A DNA stretch of 64,000 nucleotides from Carcharhinus amblyrhynchos (GCA_965287045.1 OZ336873.1:45570001-45634000); one strand, 5' to 3'; counted from the first letter of the stretch, positions 36,083 to 48,594 are shown. Translations and numbers: made by a program. Notes: generated by a model not told the origin, from the letters alone.

Positions 36083-37245
36083 GTTCATGGGATGTGGGCA
36101 TCAGTGGCTAGGCAAGCATTTATTGCCCATCCATTATTGCCTTCAAGAATGTGATACAAAGAACAAAGAACAACCCAGCACGGGAAACAGGCCCTTCGGC
36201 TCAATGAGCCCGCGCTGCCGCATCACCCTACACCTATTCTACCCTGCGTGTCTACGAATGGAACCCCTAACTTAGCCAGATTCAGGGGAGAATAGTGTCA
36301 GTTTGGTAAAACCAATCAGCCTAAGAGCACATCTTTGGGGTGTGGGAGGAAACCTACACAACCACAGGGAGAATGCACAAACTCCCACAGACACAGGCCC
36401 AAATCCATGCATCTGCACAGCTAGCAGTGCTAGTCACCGAGCCGTTGTGGCACCCGTCTACTGGTCCAGGATCAAGCACACACACCGACACGAAGTACTA
36501 GGCCACTCCCGGAACCTCCAAGAGCAGCCCATGCACGACCCACCGTGTGCATGCCCCTCGTTTGACACGAGGTGGACCTCCACCTGCGGAATAAAAAGAC
36601 AAAAAGGTCAATCTTACAAGTCTGCTTTTCCGGTGTCTCCCAAGGTTCTAGCCTTATTTAATAGCCCCTACCATAACCCTCCATCCTCGTTTCACTCATG
36701 TGTCTATCTAACTGAACCTTAAACGAGTCCAATGTTCCTGCCTCCACCACCCTACTCGGTAGCGCGTTCCATACCCCCACAACTCTCTGCGTAAAGAACC
36801 TTCCTCTCACTTCCAAATTATACCTCTCCCCCCTCACCCTAATAGTGAGCAGTCTTACTGAACTACGGCAGACTGTGGTGTAGGTACACCCACATTGCTG
36901 TTAGGGAGGGAGTTCCAAGATTTTGACGGAGCAACAATGAAGAAAGTGATATATTTTCAAGTCAGGGTGATATCTGGCTTGGAGGGAAACTTGCAGGTGT
37001 CGGCGTTCCCATCTGTCTGCTGCCTTTATTATTCTAGATGGTAGAAGTTGCAAGCTTGGAAGATTCTATCAAAGGAGTTTTGCTCCAAGAGAGTAGACAC
37101 TATAAGCACACTGTATTGCTAGTGGCAGGAATGAATGTTGAAGGTAATCGATGCGGTGCTAAATCAAGCAGGCTGCTTTGTTCTGGATGGCGTCAAGCTT
37201 CTTCACCCAGGCAAGTGGACAGCATTCCATCACACTCCTAACTTC
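36083..37245 (-). mobile_element. Old LINE 3' fragment split by the 36157-36840 insertion
   Basis: catgggatgtgggcatcagtggctaggcaagcatttattgccc...[insert]...gtaggtacacccacattgctgttagggagggagttcc. Confidence 0.7.
36157..36840 (-). mobile_element. Chimeric CR1: ORF2 C-terminus, GC-rich spacer, V-SINE, CR1-type tail
   Basis: 36840-36658 reads RVRGERYNLEVRGRFFTQRVVGVWNALP...EGYGRGY*; V-SINE head near 36455; (TTCTTTG)n tail; GATA/AATA flanks. Confidence 0.8.
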
Positions 37246-39189
37246 TGCCTTTTACAATATGGACAATGCTAATTTTGCAATTTGGTGCAATGTGAGGAAA
37301 AGTTGGAAATCCAGAAAAATGATATCCCAGACTTATGATTTTAAATGTTTATTAAGAAATAAAATAAACAATAAAAGTAAACTAGTTCATTTAACCAAGG
37401 CAATGGCCATACACAGTATCGCTACTGTAAACAGTTTCAAACAAACTTAACTCAATTAGTTATCCCCCCGTTGTCCCACAACAGTTACCACACCAGGCAG
37501 TTACGTCTCTCTGGGGTTGCTTTGAAGGTAAAACAAGTTGCTTTCACAGACACTTCTTGCTAGCAGCTAAACAGCTATTCCTGCTTTTGGCAGAGGTCTA
37601 AAACAGCTCCCTTCAATCATCGCATTAAATACTGTTTTTCTCTGACCTAACTTCTTCAGAATTCAGACATAATTACTTTCATTTTAGCAAAGTCTTCGCA
37701 TCTCACCTGGTCTTTTAGCCATAATTGCCAGCCAGCAACACCTGCTGGAAAGGTTGCACACATGAAGAGGTGTACACTCAACTGTGGTACCCCAAAGCAA
37801 TTAGTAAAATAGTCAGCATATATTTACCGTTCTCCCGCATCAAGAATTCTCACTTACATACAGAAATGAAAAACAAACTGCATTCTACTAGAATACCCCA
37901 CTAAATAATGGTTTACATATGATTTCATTTCATAGCAGTTGCTTGAAAGTAGTCTTCCCTCAACAAATCAACTGAAATAGGGGTGGGAAAAATAATCCCA
38001 AGAATTAAAAAAACTGGAACAGAACTAGTCAGAATTTGATGAAACTGAGAAAATCAAATAATTTAGACCCTCATTTATAAAGGGCAATAGTTTTCAGGAA
38101 TTCTGTTCTGGCAACAATACAATAACTACAAAGGTGAATGCAGGTTCCTTTCCAATGATTACAGCCATTTAAAAAGAGTCAGTGCATGCTAACTCCCAGC
38201 TATACAACACACAGAAAGAACCCCAGAAATGGCTAAGTGTTACTTTTAAAGTAGTTCCTGCCCCCCTTGATTCGAATTGTAAAATGACACGTACCAGAGC
38301 TGATAATGTAGGGCATCACATGCTTTAAGTGACAACTATTTAAAGCAAACTACGAACTGAAGCAGATTGAATCAAACTAATATCAACTGCCCGCAGAGAG
38401 CTGGCCCACTTAAAATCTGCTCAGTTCAAATTAGTTTTCAGTCCATGCAAGACAATTTGCTATATCTGCGGCAAATGATTTAAAAAAATAAAATTTACTT
38501 AATCTCTCGCACAGCAGAGATAGATGCAACAATGATTCCTCCTGATTCACCTTCATATGCACCTTTAATGCATCCATAGGCAAAATAAGAAGTACACTCA
38601 GCTGTGAGCAGCAAATGGATTTGTGCGAGTCCTACAGGACAGCCTGAGTTTGTAAGAGTGGAGGTAGATTTTGGATGTCACAGAGTCACTTCTGTAACCC
38701 AGTTTCCCTCTTTGAATCTACTGCTTAATAAAGATTGCCTGTAACCATCATTCACAACACCAGACAAAAACAGTTCCGCTAACAATATTTTGTCAGTATT
38801 CAGTCCATCAGGACATCAAATATCTCTCTTGTGAACCGGAATAAAGGGAATCTTTTACTGAACAAGATCATTTTACTAACAGAATCAGAAAATGCTACAA
38901 AATAATTTTGAAGTCCAGGCATGTCTTAGGCAATAGCGAATGCTAATTTTTCTCCCTAATGTTACTGAAATGCGATGATGACAAGACAGTTGTATTGCTT
39001 AAACCTGTTGAAGTAATCAAAGTAAATACAAATTGCATCATTTTTGAAAGCCCATGACTCATTAAAATCCACAATCTGCAATGGGAACTTTCACAGGAAA
39101 AAGCTGCAAAACAAGTCGATCCTTTACTCTTTACACTGATGGCTGCACAAAAATCATCAAACACTGTACCAAAATTTCTATACTGCTTT

Positions 39190-39580
39190 TACATAGTAAA
39201 ACATCCCAAGACCTTCAGAGGAGCGAATGAAACAAAAATTGGCACTAAGCCAATGGAAGGGTCATGAGGATAGGGGACCTAGCTCTTAATCAAAGAGGGG
39301 GGTTTAAAACTATATCTTAAAAGAGAGAGAGGTGGCAAGACTGAGATCTGGGGAGGGAACTCCAAAGATTAAGGCATAGCCACTATTGGCGTGGTCACTA
39401 TTGACAAGGCAAAGGGACCAGGTGATAGACAAGAGACAAGAGCTTTCAAAATGTAGACATCTCAGAGGATTATAGGGATGGAGGTAATTACAAAGGTATA
39501 AAGATAGTGACAGGCAAGGCCATAGAGGGGCTTAAGCACAAAGCTGGGAGTTTTAAACTTGAGGTGCTGGGGGACCATAC
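39190..39580 (-). mobile_element. Old L2 3' fragment
   Basis: gtaaaacatcccaag...gggagggaactccaaag...taaggc...aggcccatagagggg; similar to 19280-19570. Confidence 0.55.
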
Positions 39581-40175
39581 TTATGATACCCAAACAAACA
39601 TCATGTTTTGTGGCTTAGATTTCATAGATTCCAAACATAGTTGAGTCTTTTGTACTTTCAGAAAATCAATGTATGGTTCCAATCCTATAGGAAAAATGCC
39701 CCACTTCCACATTTGCACCTCACCACTTATTAGGGATGTCACTGTACCAAAAGAAAGATGTAATTCAGGTTCTTCATCACAGTTCCTGACACAACTATTT
39801 GCTGAATTACGCTCATTGCTGCAGGGACGAGTCACCATACTAGGCAGGGCACTCTCACACGCCCAAACAGCAATGTCAGAGGCCTGTCTGCAATTTGGCA
39901 CCTTTCATGGCAAGATGCAGAGACCAAAATAAAAATTCAACCAGTCATCTTACTCCTACAAAAAAAACCTTGGTTGCTGGAGTCGTCTGTCAAGGAGTAC
40001 TACTTCAAAGATATAAATAACCTATTCTAAAACAGGTTACTGATGCTCCAGTACAGATTGGCTCCGTACAACAATGAACAGATCCTTTGCTTAATATCTC
40101 ATTTCAACAGGCAGCAGGTTTTGACAGTGTAGCAGTGAACTGCCAATGGTAAATTAAGTAGGTGCAAGAAGAATT

Positions 40176-40377
40176 GAACATAAGAACATAAGAAATAGGA
40201 GCAGGAGTAGGCCATCCAGCCCTTCGAGCCTGCCCCGCCATTCAATAAGATCATGGCTGATCTGTCGCTGCTCAGTTCCACTTTCCTGCCCTCTCCCCAT
40301 AACCCTTAATCCCCTCTCCTATCAAAAACCCATCAACCCGCGTCTTAAAAATATTTAGCGAGGCAGCCTCCACCACT
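40176..40377 (-). mobile_element. Young CR1, extreme 5' truncation (about 200 bp)
   Basis: VVEAASLNIFKTRVDGFLIGEGIKGYGERAGKWN; gaacataagaacataagaa tail. Confidence 0.95.
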
Positions 40378-40559
40378 TTTTTTAATCTCAAATTGAGATT
40401 ACTGTGGTAGGATGGGGCAAAAACATGAAAGAAATCAATTATACATAGGTTTAGAACAACTAGCAAGTATGGGAAAAAGTGTTTCACCTCAGTGGAAGGA
40501 GAGGGACAGAGAAACAAAAAGTCTAAGAATCAATGGGTAGAGGAATAGCTGAATAATCT

Positions 40560-41800
40560 TCCAAATAGCGTTTTCATGATTGCACCTGATCAACATCTTG
40601 AACCTGTTGAAGGAAATGAGAACAAGTGGATAGTGGAAACACTCCTGATATAGGATTTATGCAGGTTTCCAGAAAACATTCCAAAAGAAAACCGGTTACA
40701 TAAGTTGCTTGATGAAATTGGAATGGAAACAAAATTCAAGTAGAGAAACCGCAAGTACAAGTTAAGGGAATGACTTCAGACTGAAAAATGTGTTGAATGA
40801 TGTGCCCAGTGGATTGACATCGGGGCCCTGGTTATTTCTGATCACCATTAATGACCTGAATTCAGAATCCAAACACAATGATCAAATTCACCTATGATAT
40901 TAAAGTGGGAAGGAATAGCAGAATCCAATGAAGTACAACAAATGAAGTCCTAGACAATATTTGCATGTATACAGCCCTACAACTGACTTCCCCAGGGGTA
41001 GAAACGTCAATTCCTAAGGGACATAGGTTTAAGTAAAAGGGAGAAGTTTAAAGATGTGAGACACAAGTTTTTTAATGTCTGGAATGCACTGCCAGAGGAG
41101 GTGGTAAAAGCAGATAGAATAGCAATGTCTAAGAGGCATCTAGACAGTTACGCTAACAGGCAGGGAATGGGGGAAATGAACTATGTAGAGGAAAAAGGTC
41201 TCTAGTTTAGACAGGCATCACGTGTTGGTGCAGGCTTGGTGGGCCCAAGGGCCTGTCCCTGTGCTGTACTCTTCTTTGATGATCAGGTTTTCCATATTGG
41301 AAGCAAAACTATGAAGTAGATACATAGCTAATGAAGAGCATTGAACTAGCTAAAGTAAAGGCACAGAGATTTGTGAACAACAGCAGACTCAACACTGACC
41401 ACATCTAATAATTGCAGAGCATCATTTAAAACAAACACAATGCCAAACTATAAATCAGTGGAGGTTTCAAGTTTGAAATACGCTGGTCAAAGACTGTATT
41501 TTTACATCCAGCTCAACTGGAGTCCCAAGGCACAAATGTAAACGTGCAAGTTCCAGAAGGACCAGGTAGCAGATACAAATTATCAGTAGATTGAATAAGA
41601 TGTTTCAGACTTAAAATGGTCCTTACAACAACAGAATTAGCACTTTGTGACACTGATTAATATCCGGAATGGTCTTCAGTGTGAAGTAATGAAGGATAAA
41701 ATTCTAGTGCCATTGAAAAGAAATTTGAAAATCTTTTTGCTAGAAATAAGATTGCTGTGATGGAAAGAATTAGACAGGCTGAATATCCACAATCATCTAT
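40560..41800 (+). mobile_element. Ancient CR1 remnant with nested CR1 3' fragment (about 40988-41278)
   Basis: gtgcccagtgga...ggggccctggttatttctgatcaccattaatgacctg; nested tggaatgcactgccagaggaggtggt...gtgctgtactcttctttg. Confidence 0.55.
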
Positions 41801-43123
41801 TTGTCCTCATTACCATTATGAACAACTTTGATGTTAAAGGTTGTATGCTTAGATTAGGCAGGAAGAAAATCAGGCCAATTATGTTTACCCAAAGCAGGTT
41901 TCTGCAATCTCAGTATAATTATTAATTGGATGCATTTGGAGAGATAGATGTAAAGGTTCAGAAGTATTACATCCAGCTCAGTTCACATTGAAGCATTTTC
42001 ACATCTTACACAAAGGTTCCACAAGTTTCAACAACTATCAACCCCCAGCCCCCATTCCACACCTTGTCATAAGCTTGCAATCACATCCACAATCAGGATT
42101 GTTAGTAATTGCTGTGCTTTATGAGATACATAAGTAATCAGACCTGGAAGATTTCAAGAGAAACACAAATTCTACGTTGTTGATCTTTCGTAACTCTTGC
42201 TGAAAAAGTGCAAGAGCAGACATGGAGTGAGGAATACAGTGAACAATGACCCACAAGGTAAAATAGCCTGTTGATATTCATTGCTCTGCTTCACAAGATT
42301 GGTATCAAGATTGCCTGCACGTACCAAAGCATTCAAAAGTTTGAATTAGCACTTTTAAGAAGTGGTGGAAGACAGCTGTTTGTCTAGAAGGAATGGACAC
42401 AGAAAGACAAGCAAACAGAACCGGAATGGTACTTGTGCATTTGATACAGCCAATTAAAAGATGCAGTGACACCTAGAACCAGCCATCTGTCCATCAATCA
42501 GCCATGTAAACCTTTTAGATTAACTGGCTGGGAGCCCAAGTATTCACACACACGTCCCTGCTGCCTTCTGCCATCCATTTCTGGAAAAACTGATGCCAAG
42601 TCACTTACAACTAAGCTTTCAAACTCCTAATACTCAATCACTTCCCCACCCGCCTTCCTTGATATCTTTATTGTGTCCAACCCCATTTGCCAAGTCCAAG
42701 CTGATTGGACTTGGATCCATCTGGCATAAAACAACTTGGGTCACTGATCTTCAGGTCTAGCTGGTCTTGGCTGCTCTTCAACCAAGATTCCTCCATTGCT
42801 CCAGGATCTTCTGGAAAGCATATAGCTTTTGAATTATTTTTTTCATTAGCAAGCGTCGCCTTAAAACTCCTCTCCTCTGTTTCCATTATTCTCATCAACT
42901 AATGGTTCTCGTGGACTTCTGAAATCAAAAATGAGGCCACCTTCAAGTTGCCTTTTTATTCCTCCACCTTTCCCACTGAGTCAAAGCTTCAGCATAACCA
43001 TAAGCCTGCATTTTTTCTAAAATCTTTTGTCTTTGAATAAAACCATTTTTGCACGTTTTAACCCCATTCCATTAACCCCTAATTACCAATGTAGGCTAGG
43101 CCAGGATGGCCGATTTCCTTTGC

Positions 43124-43462
43124 ACAGAATTCCTACGGCGCAAAAGGAAGCCTCATGGCCCATCGAATTTACAGTGATTCTTCAAAAGAGCATCCCCACT
43201 CTGGTCCTCCTCTCTAACTTATCCCCATAACCCCATGTATTTACCATGGCTAATTCACCTAACCTAAAGGGCTCTGGATACTAAGGGACAATTTAGCATG
43301 GCCAATCAACCTAGCCTGCATGTCTTTGGACTGCGGGAACAACTGGGGCACCAAGAGGAAATCCATGCAGACATGGAGAGAATGTTTGCAATAGCCACCC
43401 ATAGCTAGAATCAAATCTGGGTCCCTGGCAATGTGAGGCAGGAGTGCTATGCAATGTGCCAT
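43124..43462 (-). mobile_element. HE1/V-SINE with CR1-type tail, nested in a tRNA-SINE
   Basis: caatttagcatggccaatcaacctagcctgcatgtctttggactg. Confidence 0.8.
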
Positions 43463-43469
43463 ACTAATG

Positions 43470-43666
43470 GACATTAGTGAGCCAGATGGGTTTTATGACA
43501 ATCAACAATGGTTTCATGGTCATCATCAGACTTTTAATTGAAGATTTTTATTGAATTGAAATGTCACCATCTGCCATGGTGAGATTCAAAACCGGATCCT
43601 CAAAACATTACCTCAGGTCTCTGGATTATGAGTCCAGTAACAATACCACCACACCACTGCCTCCCT
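43470..43666 (-). mobile_element. Shark tRNA-derived SINE, 5' part
   Basis: ggacattagtgagccagatggg...ccatctgccatggtgagattcaaa...caccactgcctccc. Confidence 0.8.
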
Positions 43667-43687
43667 AGTTCAGCCCCTCAATTTTTG

Positions 43688-44173
43688 GATTTGATTTATT
43701 ATTGTCACATATATTGTGACACAGTGGTAAGTATTGTTTGTGTACTATACAGACATAAAATACTGCTTATAGAATACACTGGGGAAAAGGAGAGTGTGCA
43801 GAATATAGTGTTACAGCCATAGCTAGGGTGGAGAGAAAGATCAGCTTAATATATGAGAGGTTCATTCAAAAGTCTGATGGCAACAGGGAAGAAGCTGTTC
43901 TTAAGTCAGTTGGTACGTCATCTCAGATTTTATCTTTTTCACAACGGAAGAAGATGGAAAAAATTATGTTTGGCATGTGTGAGGTCCTTGATTATGCTGG
44001 CTGCTTTTGAGGCAGTGGAAAGTGTAGACGGAATCAATGGATAGGAGGCTGGTTTGTGTGATGGACTGGGCTACGTTCACAATTCTTTTTAGTCCTTGCA
44101 GTCTTGGTCAGAGCAGGAGCCACACCAAGCTGTGATGCACTATAGAAAAATCCTTTCTGGATGTATCTGTAAA
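43688..44173 (-). mobile_element. Rex1/Babar-clade LINE 3' fragment
   Basis: Minus-strand remnants CITAWCGSCSDQD, NVAQSITQTSL.SIDSVYTF, AASIIKDLTH, LKNSFFPVAIRLLN; aataaataaa tail. Confidence 0.8.
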
Positions 44174-44689
44174 GGGCATTCTGACCCATTCCCACCAGGA
44201 AAAAAAAATTAAAATCACGCTCCCAAAATTTTTTCTTCGCCGTACCCCAAACTCTTTAGGATTATAAAACAGTAGGCCTTTGCAAAAGAACAACAATAAA
44301 TCACCAAGCCTAATCCCCAGGAAAGCTGCAGGGGAGACTGGGGGAGAAAAGGAGTTTGGATCATAGAGGGGTACTGCAATGTGCTGATTGACACTAACAG
44401 ATGACAAGATGGAACATTCTCCTTCATTCTTCACACACCTTTTTCCACCCATCAGGTGGTCAGAAATTCCTAACTTCTGTAAACAGAATTAAGATTCAAC
44501 AGCTAAAAAGCCATCAAGTCCATTACTTCTTAAACTATTGAGCTAAGAAATGTAATTTTAAAAATGCTGAGTCACCCCCTATTGTGAATTATTTTGATGT
44601 GTTAAGGAGCAATATGTCGTTGTTACCAAGTTAATTTAAACTCATCCCTGGTGCCTTGAGAAGTTCATCTGTACAGCTGAGTCATGCAG

Positions 44690-44960
44690 ATAAAGGCAGT
44701 ATTATCTTCAACCCCTGGTCTGTGATGAGTTAGCTAATTTAAGACAGGCAGCAGCTGAGACACAGTGGCTTCTGCACATGTTCATAAAGAGATAGGAAAA
44801 AGCAAAAGGTCTCCTTCCTTGATCATCATCCAGAAAAGCCCTGCCAGAATTAGTTACGGATGGGTGTAGCTCAGTTGATTCCTGCTCCACCCCTACAGTG
44901 ATATAGCTGCCAGTATTCATTGGGAATCACATGCAAATCGCAACCACTTGCGTGAGGACC
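44690..44960 (+). mobile_element. Ancient SINE-like repeat (related pieces near 18080-18390 and 50200-50370)
   Basis: ttcaacccctggtctgtgatgagttagctaat... resembles ttgatccttggtctgtgcagttgactaat near 50235. Confidence 0.35.
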
Positions 44961-45109
44961 AAGTGTGCCCAGTGCCTGTGAATAATATCCCACCAAACAG
45001 GCTGCACCTTCTGGAAAAAGCAGAAAATAGTGAAAGAATGAAAATAACCTTCTGAGAGCTATAGTTCAGCACTATAGCTCTGTGCACTATGTCGTCTACT
45101 GACGACACG

Positions 45110-45962
45110 AAGGGTGGTGGTGCTGTGGATAGTCTGGAGGGATGTCAGAAGTTGCAGCGGGACATAGCTAGGATGCAAGACTAGGCGGAGAAGTGGCAGA
45201 TGGACTTCAACGCGGATAAATGTGTAGTGGTCCATTCTGGCAGGTCCAATGGGATGAAGGAGTACAATATCAAGAGTAGGACTGTTAGCAGTGTTGACGA
45301 CCAGAAGGACCTTGGGGTCCGGGTCCATAGGACTCTTAAATCAGCCTCACAGGTGGAGGATGTGGTCAAGAAGGCGTATGGTATGCTAGCTTCATTAATC
45401 GAGGGATTGAGTTTAGGAGCCGGGAGGTAATGCTGCAATTTTATAAGACCCTTGTCAGACCCCACTTGGAGTACTGTGTGTAGTTCTGGTCGCCTCACTA
45501 CAAGAAGGGTGTGGAAGCTATTGCGAGGGTGCACAGGATATTTACAAGGATGTCGCTTGGACTGGGAGGCATGCCTTATGAAGATAGGTTGAGGGAGCTA
45601 GGTCTCTTCTCCCTGGAGAGACGAAGATTGACAAGCGACCTGATAGAGGTTTACAAAATGTTGAGTGGTATAGATAGGGTGGATTCTCGGAGGCTATTTC
45701 CCAGGGCTGAAATGGTCGCTACGAGAGGACACAGGTTTATGGTGCTGGGGAGCAGGTACAGAGGAGATGTTAGGGGTAAGTTTTTCAGTCAGAGGGTGGT
45801 GAGTGAGTGGAATCGGCAGCCGTCGGTGGTGGTAGAGGCGAACTCGCTGGGGTCATGGGATTTAATGGGATTGAGAGTTATAGATAGGCCTGGTAGATAT
45901 GGGTATGATTGGCACAACTTGTGGGCCGAAGGGCCTGTTTGTGCCATAGTGTTCTATGTTCT
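45110..45962 (+). mobile_element. Older CR1 family, 5'-truncated, frameshifted
   Basis: MDFNADKCVVVH, LGLFSLERRRL, FFSQRVVSEWN; gttctatgttcta tail. Confidence 0.92.
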
Positions 45963-46247
45963 AAATCAAAATATTAAACTTAAAAGTTGAAAGTCTTCGA
46001 TAAATTAATATAAGAATCAATACAATGATATAAATGACATCTTGATTGAACTCAACTTTATTTAGCCCAACTTCCAACACCGTTCCCCCACCTGGACTGG
46101 GGCAGATGGCATTCAAGGCCAGATTGATTACACTTTATTTTAAAAAAGCAAGAGAGCCTGGAGTGATTTTTTACCTCCCTAACTTGGAGTGAAAAGATTT
46201 AAGAAAAGCTCTTTTGTGCTGATACCGTGTAGTGCCTTATGCAGACA

Positions 46248-47011
46248 AATTTTTTTTTCCAAAAATATACTTTATTCATAAAAATCTCAAATAAACTATT
46301 GCAAATGTACAGGGCTTTGAGTTGCAAACAATGCAGAATCAAGACATTTTTACAGATCTGTACAAATTACAATGACTACATTTCAATACTTAAAACTATA
46401 TCCATGCCTCAATATTTACAGATTTGTACTAATTACAATGATTACATTTCAATACTTAAAACTATATACATGCCTCAATAAATTACTGTGTGCCGTTATT
46501 GCTCAGATTGGCACACAGTTACGCAGGTCGAGGGTATTCTGCAGTTCCCGGGCCCTCGGTCTGCCTCCGTTAAAAGGCCTTACAATGTGGCCTTTCCCCA
46601 TTGTGCCTTTGCGGCGGCTGCCCCAAGCTTCAGAGCGTCCCTCAGCACGTAGTCCTGGACCTTGGAATGTGCCAGTCTGCAACACTCAGTCGAGGACAGT
46701 TCTTTCAGCTGGAAGATCAGCAAGTTTCAGCTGGAAGATCAGCACGCCTGAGGTCTCAACAGCACCGCACACTGCCCTCGAAGCGGCTGCGGGGCTGATG
46801 AGACGGTCACACACCTCCTTGTGGAACGTGCCTTTGCAAAGAAGGTCTGGAGTGAGATGCAGTGATATTTGTCGAGGTTCGTCCCGAGCAGCTCAGTGAC
46901 ACAGGACTCTGTGCTCTACGGGTTGTTTCCGGGTACGCACACCGAGACAAATATCAACTGCTGCTAGAAGGTCATCAACTCGGTGAAGGACGCACTTTGG
47001 TCCGCCCGAAA
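46248..47011 (-). mobile_element. Tx1/L1-clade LINE 3' end with 5' inversion
   Basis: Poly(T) and TTTATT at 46250-46276; minus-strand LIFQLKELSSTECCRLAHSKVQDYVLRDALKLG...*; plus-strand CPRSGCGADETVTHLLVECAFAKKVW (zf-RVT); TSD CTTATGCAGACA. Confidence 0.9.
46349..46480. repeat. 66-bp tandem duplication in the Tx1-like 3' UTR
   Basis: tttacagatYtgtac...catgcctcaata twice, starting at 46349 and 46415. Confidence 0.9.
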
Positions 47012-47265
47012 CTTATGCAGACAGAAATGCACTAAATGAACTGAGCACCTTACTCTTTTACAGGCTGTTTGATCTACTCTACTCCCATCTTTCCTTAGAT
47101 TCCATACCTCTTTAGCAACAGTCTTTGGATGTATAAAGTACAAATCAAATTATAGATTTTACTAGTTTAGGATTACTTGCAAGTCCATTTTCCTGCCTGA
47201 GTCAGCTAGTCTGGATGTCATGATCAGATTCTCAATGGACGTCACTCAGGTCCCACAGCAACGGT

Positions 47266-47412
47266 AAATGCAAAATACTGCAGATGCTGGAATCTGAAAC
47301 AAAAACAGAAAATGCTCTGCTCTCGCGAAGGGTCATCCTGATTTGAAACGTTGGCTCTATTGTCTCTCCACAGATGCTGTCAGACCTGATGAGATTCTCC
47401 AGCATTTTCTGT
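47266..47412. mobile_element. Penelope-type family B insertion
   Basis: acagaaaatgct...agcattttctgt inverted ends; cgaagggtcatcctgatttgaaacgttggctc hammerhead remnant. Confidence 0.7.
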
Positions 47413-47694
47413 AACAGTGTCTTTAACCTATGGCTGTGCTAACAATGGAACTTTTCAAACAAGTCACCAAACTTCCAAACCTCTCAGCAGCACATGGTTG
47501 GGAAGAATGACAAACTTTAATGAATCACTGAATGCAGCTTTCTATTTTTCATAAAGAAAGAGTTTACAAGATGTAGATGTAGCATATGAAATGAAAAATG
47601 CAATTAATGCAAGGCCTTGTTAGTCAAATGACAGCATCACAGGCTTCTTCAAATCACAGCACAGTCAACATACCTGCACTTACAATATGTAATA

Positions 47695-48261
47695 ATGATA
47701 GTGTTGCAGCTTTATAAGACCCTAGTCAGACCTCTCTTGGAATACTGCGCTCAGTTCTGGTCGCCTCATTACAGGAAGGATGTGGAAGCTATTGAAAGGG
47801 TACAGAGGAGATTTACAAGGATGTTGCCTGGATTGGGTGGCATGCCTTATGAGGATAGGTTGAGGGAGCTTGATCTTTTCTCCTTAGAGAGAATAAGGGT
47901 GAGAGGTGACCTGATAGAAGTGTATAAGATGTTAAGAGGTATAGATCGGGTGGATTCTCAGAGGCTTTTTCCAAGGGCTGGAATGATTGCTATGAGAGGA
48001 CACAGGTTTAAGGTGCTGAGGAGTAGGTACAGAGGAGATATCAGGGGTAAGTTTTTCACTCAGAGGGTGGTGGGTGAGTGGAATCGGCTGCCGTCGGTGG
48101 TGGTGGAGGCAAATCCTATAGGGTCTTTCAAGAGACTTCTGGAAGATTACATGGAACTTAACAGAATTGAGGGTTATAGGTAAGCCTAGTAGGTATGGAT
48201 ATCATCGGCACAACTTGTGAGCCAAAAGGCCTGTTTGTGCTGTAGTTTTTCTATGTTCTAT
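47695..48261 (+). mobile_element. Older CR1 3' fragment (family of 45110)
   Basis: ORF 47695-48183 LEYCAQFWSPHYRKD...FFTQRVVGEWN; ttctatgttcta tail. Confidence 0.93.
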
Positions 48262-48594
48262 ATGGTACTGCTTGTTTGTCAGTAGATCTGGTGTCAGATG
48301 CCAACCAACTGACTGACTATTAACAAGTATCAAATTTAGTGTTTGCTCGCTGGTCCCTCTTGCAAACTTGGTGCATTCTGAAAGAAAAAAATACCTTATC
48401 CGAAGACAAAATCAAGTACGCTTGTGTAATGTGTACTTCGTGGGATTTAGACCTGGGAACAAATGCTGGCCCACCACTCAAGTTAGCAAAACTATTGATT
48501 GAAAACTGTACTCGAGTGTGAAATATTCATTGCTTAAAAAGTTAATATTGCAAAAAATGGTTAAATACTGTGAATGATAAAAACCTACCATAGA

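Noticed and set aside
38490-38820. Short open frames in unique sequence (e.g. LLAELFLSGVVNDGYRQSLL)
   Set aside because: No paired splice signals in frame and no recognisable homology
42668-42898. 76-aa minus-strand ORF (MMRIMETEERS...)
   Set aside because: No recognisable motif or convincing splice sites; the surroundings look like a decayed LTR-type repeat
44850-45020. Strong minus-strand acceptor ttttctgctttttccAG
   Set aside because: No matching donor, stops in all frames, and it runs into an old SINE-like repeat
46349-46480. Direct repeats as a CRISPR-like array
   Set aside because: Only two contiguous units with no spacers, inside a LINE 3' UTR of a vertebrate
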